Shown: in pieces, positions 11,901-19,300 of the stretch | Layout of the letters: each line of letters starts with the position of its first letter | Position numbering within the stretch: the stretch's first letter is position 1 | Source of the DNA: Candidatus Eiseniibacteriota bacterium | GTDB taxonomy: Bacteria > Eisenbacteria > RBG-16-71-46 > CAIMUX01 > VGJL01 | Direction of reading: 5' to 3' | NCBI GenBank assembly: GCA_041946735.1 | Contig: JBHGAY010000003.1 | Location: 150,951 to 214,950 of the forward strand | Length of the DNA: 64,000 nt | The notes under the pieces: generated by a model | The model's input: the letters and a program-made list of their open reading frames with translations, nothing else | The model's database searches: none | What the model was told of the DNA's origin: nothing | Translations under genes and position numbers: made by a program

Positions 11901-12139
11901 CCTTCGCTTTCATCCTCGGTGTCGTGCCTCTCGTGAGGGCGGCTGGCGCGGGCGCGGAGGCGAGGAAAGTGATGGGCATGACCGTCTTCTCCGGCCTGCT
12001 CGTCGCGACGAGTCTCGGTATCTTCCTGATACCGACGTTGTTCGTTCTGGTCCAGAAGGTCTTCGTTCGTGAGAAGGCCGCGCCCCTGCCTTCGGGTCTT
12101 GGTGATCTCGCAATGTCCACGGAGAAAGGGGCGCAATGA
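8954..12139 (+). CDS. RND efflux permease (AcrB/MexB, HAE1 family)
   Basis: 1061 aa; FFINRPI start, IGIVVDDAIVVVE, GLAAKNSILIVEFA and RLRPILMTS motifs. Confidence 0.97.
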   Translation: MSRFFINRPIVAMVISIVMVLVGLIVMSRLPISQFPDIVPPMINVTTTYVGASAVDVEQSVATPLELQVNGVENMIYMKSINGSDGTLTLQVSFDIGSDLDISNMLTQNRVTQAQAALPSAVKNYGVTTKKSLVFPLLLVTLSSPDETWNNTFLSNYAAINVNDRLSRIRGVGDVKLFGGSDYAMRIWIKPGMLAKLGLTVPDIVRAAQEQNVISPAGQIGAPPAPEGTDFTYTVRTQGRLLNEEEFGRIVLRTNPDGSQVRLRDVARIELGSLLYNQVGRNNGKPAAVIGVYQLPGSNALAVADEVKKTMQELSERFPPDMAQEVTLDTTLAVKEGINEIVHTLFEAVLLVLLVVFVFLQNWRATLIPLITVPVSLIATFIVFPLLGFSINTLSLLGMVLAIGIVVDDAIVVVEAVMHHIEEGLPPKQATLKAMEEVSGPVVAIALILAAVFVPVGFIGGITGRLYQQFAITIAISVLFSAFNALTLSPALAAKLLRPQGSGKRSPLQGFYNWFNKGFGKFTGGYLSFTGILVRKLARGTVFVAVLIVVTVLLLKHVPTGFVPEEDNGYFMINVQLPDAASLARTDAVCRKIETILSRTKGVGNYTTVAGYSISSQSASSNVGTFFVSLQPWEERTATEERSFELIAALNQEFARDIPEAFIYAFGPPAIQGLGTGAGFTFLLQDQSGSTPQDLAAMTDKFLAAARKRPEIGRIASFFRANVPQIYAEVDRDKVLKQGASISDVNTTMGALLGGSYINDFNRFGRVYKVYLAAEGEYRNETWDLGEFFVRNKNGTMVPLSTLVTTKAISGPQYTNRFNLYRSAELTGVPAPGYSSDQTLKALEEVAAEVLPSGWGYDWSNMSYQEKEAAGKTTVVFVLALLFVFLLLAAQYESWALPLSVLLGTPFAIFGALLGLTLCRLFSPAYVDNIFAQIGFVTLIGLAAKNSILIVEFAKMQKEKGQPVIEAALASARLRLRPILMTSFAFILGVVPLVRAAGAGAEARKVMGMTVFSGLLVATSLGIFLIPTLFVLVQKVFVREKAAPLPSGLGDLAMSTEKGAQ

Positions 12140-13602
12140 TGCTCAGGCTTCTTCCTCCTTTCCTCATCGTCGCGATTCTGGTCGTCGGGATCATGGCGGG
12201 ATGCGCGATCGGTCCGGCCTACCACCGCCCAGCGCTCGAAGCGCCCGGCTCCTGGCCGCACGCCGACAGCACCTTCTACGCGGACACCACGACCGTCCGG
12301 TCGGAGATCTCCTGGTGGCGTTCCTTCGGCGACAGTGTTCTCGCGCAACTGATCGAGACCGGGCTGCAGGAGAACACCGACGTCAGGATCGCGGCAGCGA
12401 AAGTCGAAGAGCTGATGGGACGCTATGGAGTCGCCAAGTCGGACTTCTACCCGAGACCGGTCCTCACCGGGTCCGTCGCCCGGCAGCAGCTGATTCCCGG
12501 CGAGTTGAGCCGAGGGGAGCCGGAGGCCAGAGATCACTTCGAGGTTGACCTCGGCGCCACTTGGGAGATCGATCTCTGGGGCCGGTTGCGTCGTGCCAGT
12601 GAAGCCGCGCGCGCCGATCTTCTCGCCTCGGAGGAAGCCCGCCGTGGAGTCGTCCTCACGACCGTCGCCCTGATTGCGAGCTCGTACATCGATCTTCTGG
12701 CGCTCGACGCGCAGCTCGCGATCGCCAGGGAGACCGTCGAGGGACGGCGCTCGGCCCTCGACCTGTTTGAGATGCGGCGAGAGAGGGGGGATCTGTCCGA
12801 CCTCGTATTCAGCCAGGCGGAATCGGAGTACTGGCTCGCCGCTTCACAGATTCCGCTGATCGAGAAGAACATCGTCTTCGTCGAGAACCGGATCAACTAC
12901 CTGCTCGGCCGGAACCCCGGACCTGTCGCACGAGGAATGCTCCTGGATGATCTCCGGTTGCCGGAGGTTTCTGCCGGTTTGGCCTCAGACTTACTGGACC
13001 GGCGGCCCGATGTCCGTTTCGCCGAAGAGCAGTTGCGGGGCGCCAACGCCCGGATCGGGGTGGCGAAATCCCTCTACTTCCCGACGATCTCGCTCTCCGG
13101 CTTCCTCGGATATGCGAGCGACGAGCTTTCTTCGCTGTTCAGCGACGATACGAAGACCTGGAGCATTGGCGCGGACGCATACCAGCTCGTATTCCCTTTC
13201 CTCGAGGTCGGCGGGCAGGTGAAGGCGGCCGAGGGCCTTCACGAGCAGGCTCTCTACAGCTATGTCCAGACGGTGCGGAACGCATTTCGTGAGACGGAGA
13301 ACGCTCTTGTCGACCGGGGCCGCACCGGGGCCCAGGCACGTGCGGAAGCGAGCCGCGTCGCGGCGCTGGCGACGTACGTGCGCCTTGCGCGAATGCGGTA
13401 CGACGAAGGCGTGACGAGCTACCTCGAGGTTCTCGACGCCGAACGCGCCCTCTTCGCCACGGAGCTCGACTACACTCAGACCAAAGCGGAGATGTACAAG
13501 AGCGTCGTAGCGATTTACGAGGCGTTGGCGGGAAGCTGGCTGGATGAAGCGGCAGCGGCGTCGTTCCGGATCGAGGAGGACATCGCCCCCCGGGATCGAT
13601 GA
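12136..13602 (+). CDS. RND outer-membrane factor lipoprotein (OprM/NodT family)
   Basis: ATGA overlap with permease; lipobox MAGC; WEIDLWG, LLDRRPDV and YLEVLDAER motifs. Confidence 0.95.
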   Translation: MMLRLLPPFLIVAILVVGIMAGCAIGPAYHRPALEAPGSWPHADSTFYADTTTVRSEISWWRSFGDSVLAQLIETGLQENTDVRIAAAKVEELMGRYGVAKSDFYPRPVLTGSVARQQLIPGELSRGEPEARDHFEVDLGATWEIDLWGRLRRASEAARADLLASEEARRGVVLTTVALIASSYIDLLALDAQLAIARETVEGRRSALDLFEMRRERGDLSDLVFSQAESEYWLAASQIPLIEKNIVFVENRINYLLGRNPGPVARGMLLDDLRLPEVSAGLASDLLDRRPDVRFAEEQLRGANARIGVAKSLYFPTISLSGFLGYASDELSSLFSDDTKTWSIGADAYQLVFPFLEVGGQVKAAEGLHEQALYSYVQTVRNAFRETENALVDRGRTGAQARAEASRVAALATYVRLARMRYDEGVTSYLEVLDAERALFATELDYTQTKAEMYKSVVAIYEALAGSWLDEAAAASFRIEEDIAPRDR

Positions 13603-13850
13603 GCCAAGAGTCGTCGCGGCGCTCTTGCCAGGCGCGAGGCAGAACCACCCAGAACCGGCCTCGCTCTCGCCGACGGAGAAGCTCCTTCGATTCGCCCCTC
13701 CACGGAGCCGCTCTGCGAGCCCCCAAAGAAACCCTGGCGGCTTCCGGCCGCTCTTTTCGTACTGAGACTGTCCATCCCGCGAGGCGCCGCCCTGCAGGAG
13801 TCCCGCGGGCATCTCCCCTGGTTCTGGGATCGGCCGCCGAAGGAGTTCGC

Positions 13851-14603
13851 ATGCACGTTCGCTGGATCGTCCTCCCGGTGGCCACTCTCGCTCTGTTCCT
13901 CCAGGCCGCCCCGAGCGTGGCGGAAATCGATCCCTCCAGGTTCCGGCAAGGGTCACTCTCCGGGGTGACCGACGGCCTCCACACCATCTTCACGGTGCCC
14001 CAAGGACAAACCTTCGTGCTCACGGACCTAACGTTCGACGCCAACCCGGGATCGAACGAAAACTTGCACATCATGCTGCAGCTGAAGCGGGCGGGCGAAG
14101 TCTCCTGGAATGCGACCAGCGACATCTACACGCCTCAGGGCCAAGCGCATCAGCTGATGCCGGTAGAGGCGCACTGGATTACCGGTCTCGCCTGGGGCCC
14201 GGGGGAGCCCGTGGCATTGGGCGTCAACGCGCTCGACCACGATTGGATCTGCTCCTGGTCCGGGTACCTCGTGCCGACGTCGCTCTCCGCCTTGGAAGAC
14301 TCCGGGCCCGACGTCCCGAACGCGCGGGAATCGCTTGTTCGCCTACGGGCGAATCCCTTCCGCGCGAGTACCGAGATCGAGTTTCACATTCCGCGGTCCG
14401 GCAAGATCGCGCTGCGCCTCTATGGTCCCGATGGACGTCTCGTCCGCAGACTCGTGGAGGAGGACGCCCAACCGGGCCAAAGGTCGATTGCATGGAACGG
14501 AGAGGACGACAAGGGCCGGGACCTGGCGTCCGGAACCTACTTCTACGAGTTCGCGCTGGACGGAGACACCATCGATTCCGGCAAGGCGGTCCTTCTGAGA
14601 TAG
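13851..14603 (+). CDS. Secreted protein with C-terminal FlgD-Ig/T9SS-like domain
   Basis: AAGGAG RBS before ATG 13851; signal peptide; C-terminus ANPF...LYGPDGRLVRRL...WNGEDDKGRDLASGTYFY. Confidence 0.85.
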   Translation: MHVRWIVLPVATLALFLQAAPSVAEIDPSRFRQGSLSGVTDGLHTIFTVPQGQTFVLTDLTFDANPGSNENLHIMLQLKRAGEVSWNATSDIYTPQGQAHQLMPVEAHWITGLAWGPGEPVALGVNALDHDWICSWSGYLVPTSLSALEDSGPDVPNARESLVRLRANPFRASTEIEFHIPRSGKIALRLYGPDGRLVRRLVEEDAQPGQRSIAWNGEDDKGRDLASGTYFYEFALDGDTIDSGKAVLLR

Positions 14604-14832
14604 CTCGGCTTGCTGAGGATGGCCGGCTCGATCGCCACTTGGATGGTCGAATGCGAAGCCTCCACCCATGGGCATTTCTGCTACCATTCCCTGCGCCTGG
14701 GAGACAGCCGGTCGGCGTGAGGCCGCAAACCCGCGGTGGAACGAGCAGCTCCCAAGCCCAGCTTGTCCTTCTCGCCGGCCGCCGGCGCTAGGAACGCCAC
14801 ACTCCCTGGCGTACGAGAGGAGGATTCGAGCC

Positions 14833-15558
14833 ATGTTTCTCGCATGCGCAACCGCACGCCTCCTGATCCCGTGCCTCGCTCTTCTCCTGGCAACGTATGC
14901 AAACGCAGAAGTGTTCCTCGAGAACTTCGACGACGATGCGATCGATCCGGCTCTCTGGACTGCCGTCGTCTATGGGAACGGTCCTCAGATCGCAGAGACG
15001 AATCATCAGCTCGAGATCTCAGTGCCCGGTTGGTCCTACGGACAGGACTTCGGTGCCAAGCTGTCTACGCGCTTCCTCTTTCACGGCGACTTCGACGTGC
15101 AGGTCGACTTTCGCCTTCTGGTCTGGCCCTTCGGCAACGGAGTCCGGACCGCGCTCGGCCTCGATCATGGCTATCTCTTTCCGCCCGGGGTCGAGCGGAT
15201 CAGCTTCGGGCAGGACGACTATCCGTGGGAGCCGCGGGAGTCGTATCTCACCGATCTGGACGGCACCGTCTGCGGGGTCACGGCGACCGACGACATGACA
15301 GGCACGCTGCGGCTGGTCCGGGCTGGCGCCGAGCAGACCGGCTACTACCGGTCCGGCGGTTGGGTCGAGATCTGCGCAGCGCCTGCGCCGACCGGAGACA
15401 TGCCTGTTCAGATCTCGGTATTCACTGCGTACCAGTTCATGGGCTGGGACGTGAGCATGGCCTTCGACAACTTCCAGGTAAACAGCGGCGAACTGGTGGA
15501 CTTCCCCGTGGCGACGCTGGCAACGACTTGGGGCGCTGTTCGGGGGCTGTACCGGTAG
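14833..15558 (+). CDS. Secreted hypothetical protein (beta-sandwich-like) with C-terminal TWGxVRxxYR tail
   Basis: GAGGAGG RBS; signal peptide; GDFDVQVDF and FDNF strands; ends PVATLATTWGAVRGLYR. Confidence 0.82.
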   Translation: MFLACATARLLIPCLALLLATYANAEVFLENFDDDAIDPALWTAVVYGNGPQIAETNHQLEISVPGWSYGQDFGAKLSTRFLFHGDFDVQVDFRLLVWPFGNGVRTALGLDHGYLFPPGVERISFGQDDYPWEPRESYLTDLDGTVCGVTATDDMTGTLRLVRAGAEQTGYYRSGGWVEICAAPAPTGDMPVQISVFTAYQFMGWDVSMAFDNFQVNSGELVDFPVATLATTWGAVRGLYR

Positions 15559-15738
15559 CGGGCGCGGCGCGGCGTGCTTCCAACCCGCTCCGCCCATCCT
15601 TCGCGCACCGCCGCTGACACACCGCGCTGGCGCGTACGCGAGGCGCACCGGACGATGCTGCCCGCCCCCGGGGTGAGGGCGGGCCGCACGTCACAGAGCG
15701 GCGGAGTCAGCGGAGCGGTTCGCGCACCCGCCCGCCAC

Positions 15739-17985
15739 TCACCGCACGATCACTAGACGCGCTACTTCGGTCCTGTCCGGACCGGACACCCGGAGGAAGT
15801 AGGCTCCCGCAGCCACCGGACGGCAGCGATCGTCACGGCCATCCCAGAGGAAGCGGTGGTCGCCAGCTCGAAGAACCGTCGAGGACAGCTCACGGACGCG
15901 GCGGCCTGCTACATCGTGCACTGTTACGAGGACGTTGCCATCGATCATCGTATGGAAGCGGAGGAGCGTCTCACTCGTTCCTGGATTCGGAGATAGCGTC
16001 AGCCTGGCAGCGGAGGAGCCCCTGTTCTCCTCGAAGGAAACCGCTGAAGATGCGTCGCACTGAACGGGCAGGATGGAGAGGCCGGCATCGCCATCGGCGA
16101 CGTAGGCGTAGCCGGCCGCGACCACCACGCCGTTCGTCGATTGAGGCCTGTCGATCCCCCCGACGATCCGCAGATCCGTAGGATCGGTCACGTCGATGAC
16201 CTGGAGACCGCAGGAGGCGTCGGCGACGTAGGCGCAAGCACCCGAGACGGCCACGCCTCGAGCCCCTCCGGGCGTCGGCGCGCTTCCTAGAATCTGGGGA
16301 GTGAAGGGAGTCGTGACGTTGATCACCTGCAGGCCTCCGGTGGCATCCGCGACGTAGGCTCTTCCCTCAGCGACCTCCACGTCTTGTGCCGCCCCGGGGG
16401 TGTCCGCGCTGCCGATGACGTGCGGGCTCGAGGGATCCGAGATATCGACGACCAGCAGACCGTAAGAAGAATCGGCAATGTAAGCGTGGCCGTTCTCGAC
16501 CGCCACACCAAGCGCAAGGCCCGGCGTGTCGACGCTCCCCACGATCTGGAGGTCCGCGAGATCCGCGAGATCGATCACCTGAAGGCCGGCATCGCCGTCC
16601 GCAACGTAGGCATAGGTGCCGGCGATGGCGACATCCTGTGCAGTCCCCGGCGTATTGACGGTCCCAACCAGAGCGGGCAGATACGGATCGCCGACATCGA
16701 TCACCTGCAGGCCGTAACTATCGTCCGCCAGATATGCATGGCTCCCCGAGATGTCGACGTTCCAGGAGAGTCCTGGAGTATCGTAGCCGCCCACCAACTG
16801 GGGATCTTCGGGGTTCGACACGTCGATCATCTTGAGACCTCGGGTCTCGTCGGCGACATACGCCACCATGCCGGAAACGCTCACACCACAAGCCCGACCG
16901 GGTGTGTCCCGGACGCCGAGGACCTGCGGGATGGCCGGGGGGACGATGTCGAGGATCTGCAGGCCGTAGTACTCGTTAGCAATCAGGGCGTATTCGCCCG
17001 AAACCGTCACGCCGTATGCGTCCCCCAGAGCATCTACGCTTCCGAGGATCGCGGGACTCATCGGGTCGGTGACATCGATCACTTGGGCGCCCGAGATGCC
17101 ATCCGCGACGATCACCGTGTTTCCAGATACATCCACGCCGGTGGCCACGCCCGGCGTGTCCACGCTGCCAAGGATCTGAGGGTTCGTGGGATCTGTAATG
17201 TCGGCCACTTCCAGGCCGCGATTATCGTCGGCGAGGTAGGCGTAGGTTCCCGAAACGGCCACGCTCTGAACCACTCCCGGTGTGTCCAAGCTGCCGACGA
17301 TCTGCGGATCCGAAGGATCCGAGATGTCAACGACCTGAAGTCCGGATGCCGTGTCTGAGACATAGGCGTAGTCGCCGGCCACAACGACGTCCCACGCTCG
17401 GGACGGTGTGTCGACGCTGCCCAGGATCTGGGGATCAGTCGGGGTCGAGATGTCGATGACCTTGAGCCCTGCCGCATCGTCCGCGACGTAGGCGTAGTTG
17501 CCGCGGACGGCTACCGCGTACGCCTTCGATGTGGGAACGTGCGAGACGATATGAGGGCTCGCAGGATTCGTTACGTCGATCACCTGGAGACCTTGAGTTT
17601 CGTCCGCGAGATAGGCGTAGTTGCCCGACGCCGCGACTCCCAGGCCGTAGCCCGGCGTGTTCACGCTACCCACGATATGGGGGTCTCGGCGATTCGAGAT
17701 GTCGATCACCTCAAGGCCGAAGCTGTCATCGGCCACGTAGGCGTAGTCGCCAGATATGGCGACCCGCCAGGACTTCCCCGGGGTATCCACGCCGCCGCAC
17801 CAATGCACGTAGTCGCCGTAATCGATGCAGTCCGCGACGGCAACCCCGGCGCTACCGAGCCCGCCGCTGCTCACGGCGATGACGATCGCTACGAGCGCCA
17901 TGCGCCCATGCCTTCCCCGGGCTGTACCGCTTTGCGCACTACGAAGACCAGAGCGCGAATACCACGTTCGGATAAGCTCGTTCAT
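15739..17985 (-). CDS. LVIVD-repeat beta-propeller protein with C-terminal FlgD-Ig/T9SS-like domain
   Basis: 14 repeats of about 42 aa (YAYVAD...GLQVIDVS.P..P.IVGSVDTPG); C-terminus SPNP...HDVAGRRVREL...WDGRDD...GAYFLR. Start 17985 chosen for its AGGAGG RBS; 18003 is possible. Confidence 0.92.
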   Translation of the reverse strand: MNELIRTWYSRSGLRSAQSGTARGRHGRMALVAIVIAVSSGGLGSAGVAVADCIDYGDYVHWCGGVDTPGKSWRVAISGDYAYVADDSFGLEVIDISNRRDPHIVGSVNTPGYGLGVAASGNYAYLADETQGLQVIDVTNPASPHIVSHVPTSKAYAVAVRGNYAYVADDAAGLKVIDISTPTDPQILGSVDTPSRAWDVVVAGDYAYVSDTASGLQVVDISDPSDPQIVGSLDTPGVVQSVAVSGTYAYLADDNRGLEVADITDPTNPQILGSVDTPGVATGVDVSGNTVIVADGISGAQVIDVTDPMSPAILGSVDALGDAYGVTVSGEYALIANEYYGLQILDIVPPAIPQVLGVRDTPGRACGVSVSGMVAYVADETRGLKMIDVSNPEDPQLVGGYDTPGLSWNVDISGSHAYLADDSYGLQVIDVGDPYLPALVGTVNTPGTAQDVAIAGTYAYVADGDAGLQVIDLADLADLQIVGSVDTPGLALGVAVENGHAYIADSSYGLLVVDISDPSSPHVIGSADTPGAAQDVEVAEGRAYVADATGGLQVINVTTPFTPQILGSAPTPGGARGVAVSGACAYVADASCGLQVIDVTDPTDLRIVGGIDRPQSTNGVVVAAGYAYVADGDAGLSILPVQCDASSAVSFEENRGSSAARLTLSPNPGTSETLLRFHTMIDGNVLVTVHDVAGRRVRELSSTVLRAGDHRFLWDGRDDRCRPVAAGAYFLRVSGPDRTEVARLVIVR

Positions 17986-18418
17986 CTTCCTAGCCTCCTG
18001 CATCCTCGGACACTTCGAGACCGTGGAAAGCTGAAGCTGAGCGCGGGCACGACTCGGGGCTCGGTCCTTATTCCCTCACCAGATCGCCTGAAGTCCGGAG
18101 ACCGGATGGCCCTAGTCGAGGGCCGCGCCGTTAGGCCGTTCAGGAATCCCAGGCATGACGCAACAGAGACGAGACAAGGGCCAGGACGGCGCCAAGTAGA
18201 CTAGCACCAGGTGGCGCCGGGATCCAGAGTGAGATTGTGATGGTGATGCATCGGGTCATTTGTGACACGTTCTGCGAGGCGAGGGAATCCAGGCCGTGGC
18301 CGATCGACCAGGAACTGCTTTTTGGGAGGTGGGCAGTGTCCGGCTCTGCTTTGCGGGCGGAGTTCCCCCAGCGGCGCACTTAGAACCGGCCATGGACCGG
18401 ACGAAAGGGGAAACCGGA

Positions 18419-18460
18419 GACGCCGCCGCCTCGGATCGGAATCTCCGGGGCGGCGGCGTC
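18419..18460 (-). terminator. 17-bp inverted repeat (one mismatch) downstream of the 18507-19133 gene
   Basis: GACGCCGCCGCCTCGGA...TCCGGGGCGGCGGCGTC, followed on the minus strand by a pyrimidine run (GTTTCCCCTTTC). Confidence 0.5.
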
Positions 18461-18506
18461 AGTAGGTTGGCCGCCAGGTCATGGACGCGGCGCGCGGCCG
18501 CGCGAG

Positions 18507-19133
18507 CTAGCGATACATGTGCTTGACTTTTCCCCACGTGGACTGGTCGACCGCCGTCGGCTCGTGGGAGCCGAAGAACTTCGCCATCCAGTAGAAGCTC
18601 ATTCCAGGACCCTCCCAAAGGGAGCAATCCCAACTCCAGCAGTGGGGGATGATGTCGCCGTAGAGCGCGAACGAGCTGACGCTCTCGACGACCACGCGGT
18701 AGTTGATGTGATACGTCTGACCGGCCTGTACGTATACCGCCGGGGCGAGATCGACGCCCTGCCAACCGATAGCCTCCACCTGCTGGAATTCCCCGCTCGC
18801 GAGGATGGCTCCGGTCGGACAGCCTGAGCCGTCGTCCTCGCGGATCTCCACCGACGCCGGCCCCGCGATCTCACCGGCCATGAACTCGACGCGCTCGAGA
18901 TAGTAGCTCTGACCAGCGACGTACGTGGGTCCCTGGCACTGCGCGCCGTAATGCCACGTTCCATCGAGGGGAAGATCGACATTCCATCCTTCGATGAAAT
19001 CCCTGCGCCCCTCGATCGTGATCCCGAGTGGATCGCCCGACTGGATCGATCCGTTCAGAACGCCATCTGCCGAGGCGGTCGCGGCCAAGGTCGCGACGAA
19101 AAGCGTAGCCAACACGATGAGCGAAAACCTCAT
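18507..19133 (-). CDS. Secreted hypothetical protein with C-terminal TWGKVKxxYR tail
   Basis: AAGGAGG RBS before ATG 19133; signal peptide MRFSLIVLATLFVATLAATASA; ends EPTAVDQSTWGKVKHMYR. Confidence 0.87.
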   Translation of the reverse strand: MRFSLIVLATLFVATLAATASADGVLNGSIQSGDPLGITIEGRRDFIEGWNVDLPLDGTWHYGAQCQGPTYVAGQSYYLERVEFMAGEIAGPASVEIREDDGSGCPTGAILASGEFQQVEAIGWQGVDLAPAVYVQAGQTYHINYRVVVESVSSFALYGDIIPHCWSWDCSLWEGPGMSFYWMAKFFGSHEPTAVDQSTWGKVKHMYR

Positions 19134-19300
19134 GGTGACCTCCTTCGCTGGACCTTCAGGCATGCAAGGAATCCTGCGCCAGCAAGGATACATCATTTCG
19201 GGGTCCGCCGCAGCCGATTTCGCGGCAATTGCCTGCGATTGTGGACAGCCGGAATTGGCAAGAGCACGAGAGGGCCGCTGCCCGAGCCCCGCCACCCTTG

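Noticed and set aside
18003..18420. Longer intergenic stretches (also 7162-7769 and 25260-25619) as possible riboswitch or ncRNA
   Set aside because: I could not recognise any conserved RNA motif by eye. An Rfam/Infernal scan would be needed.
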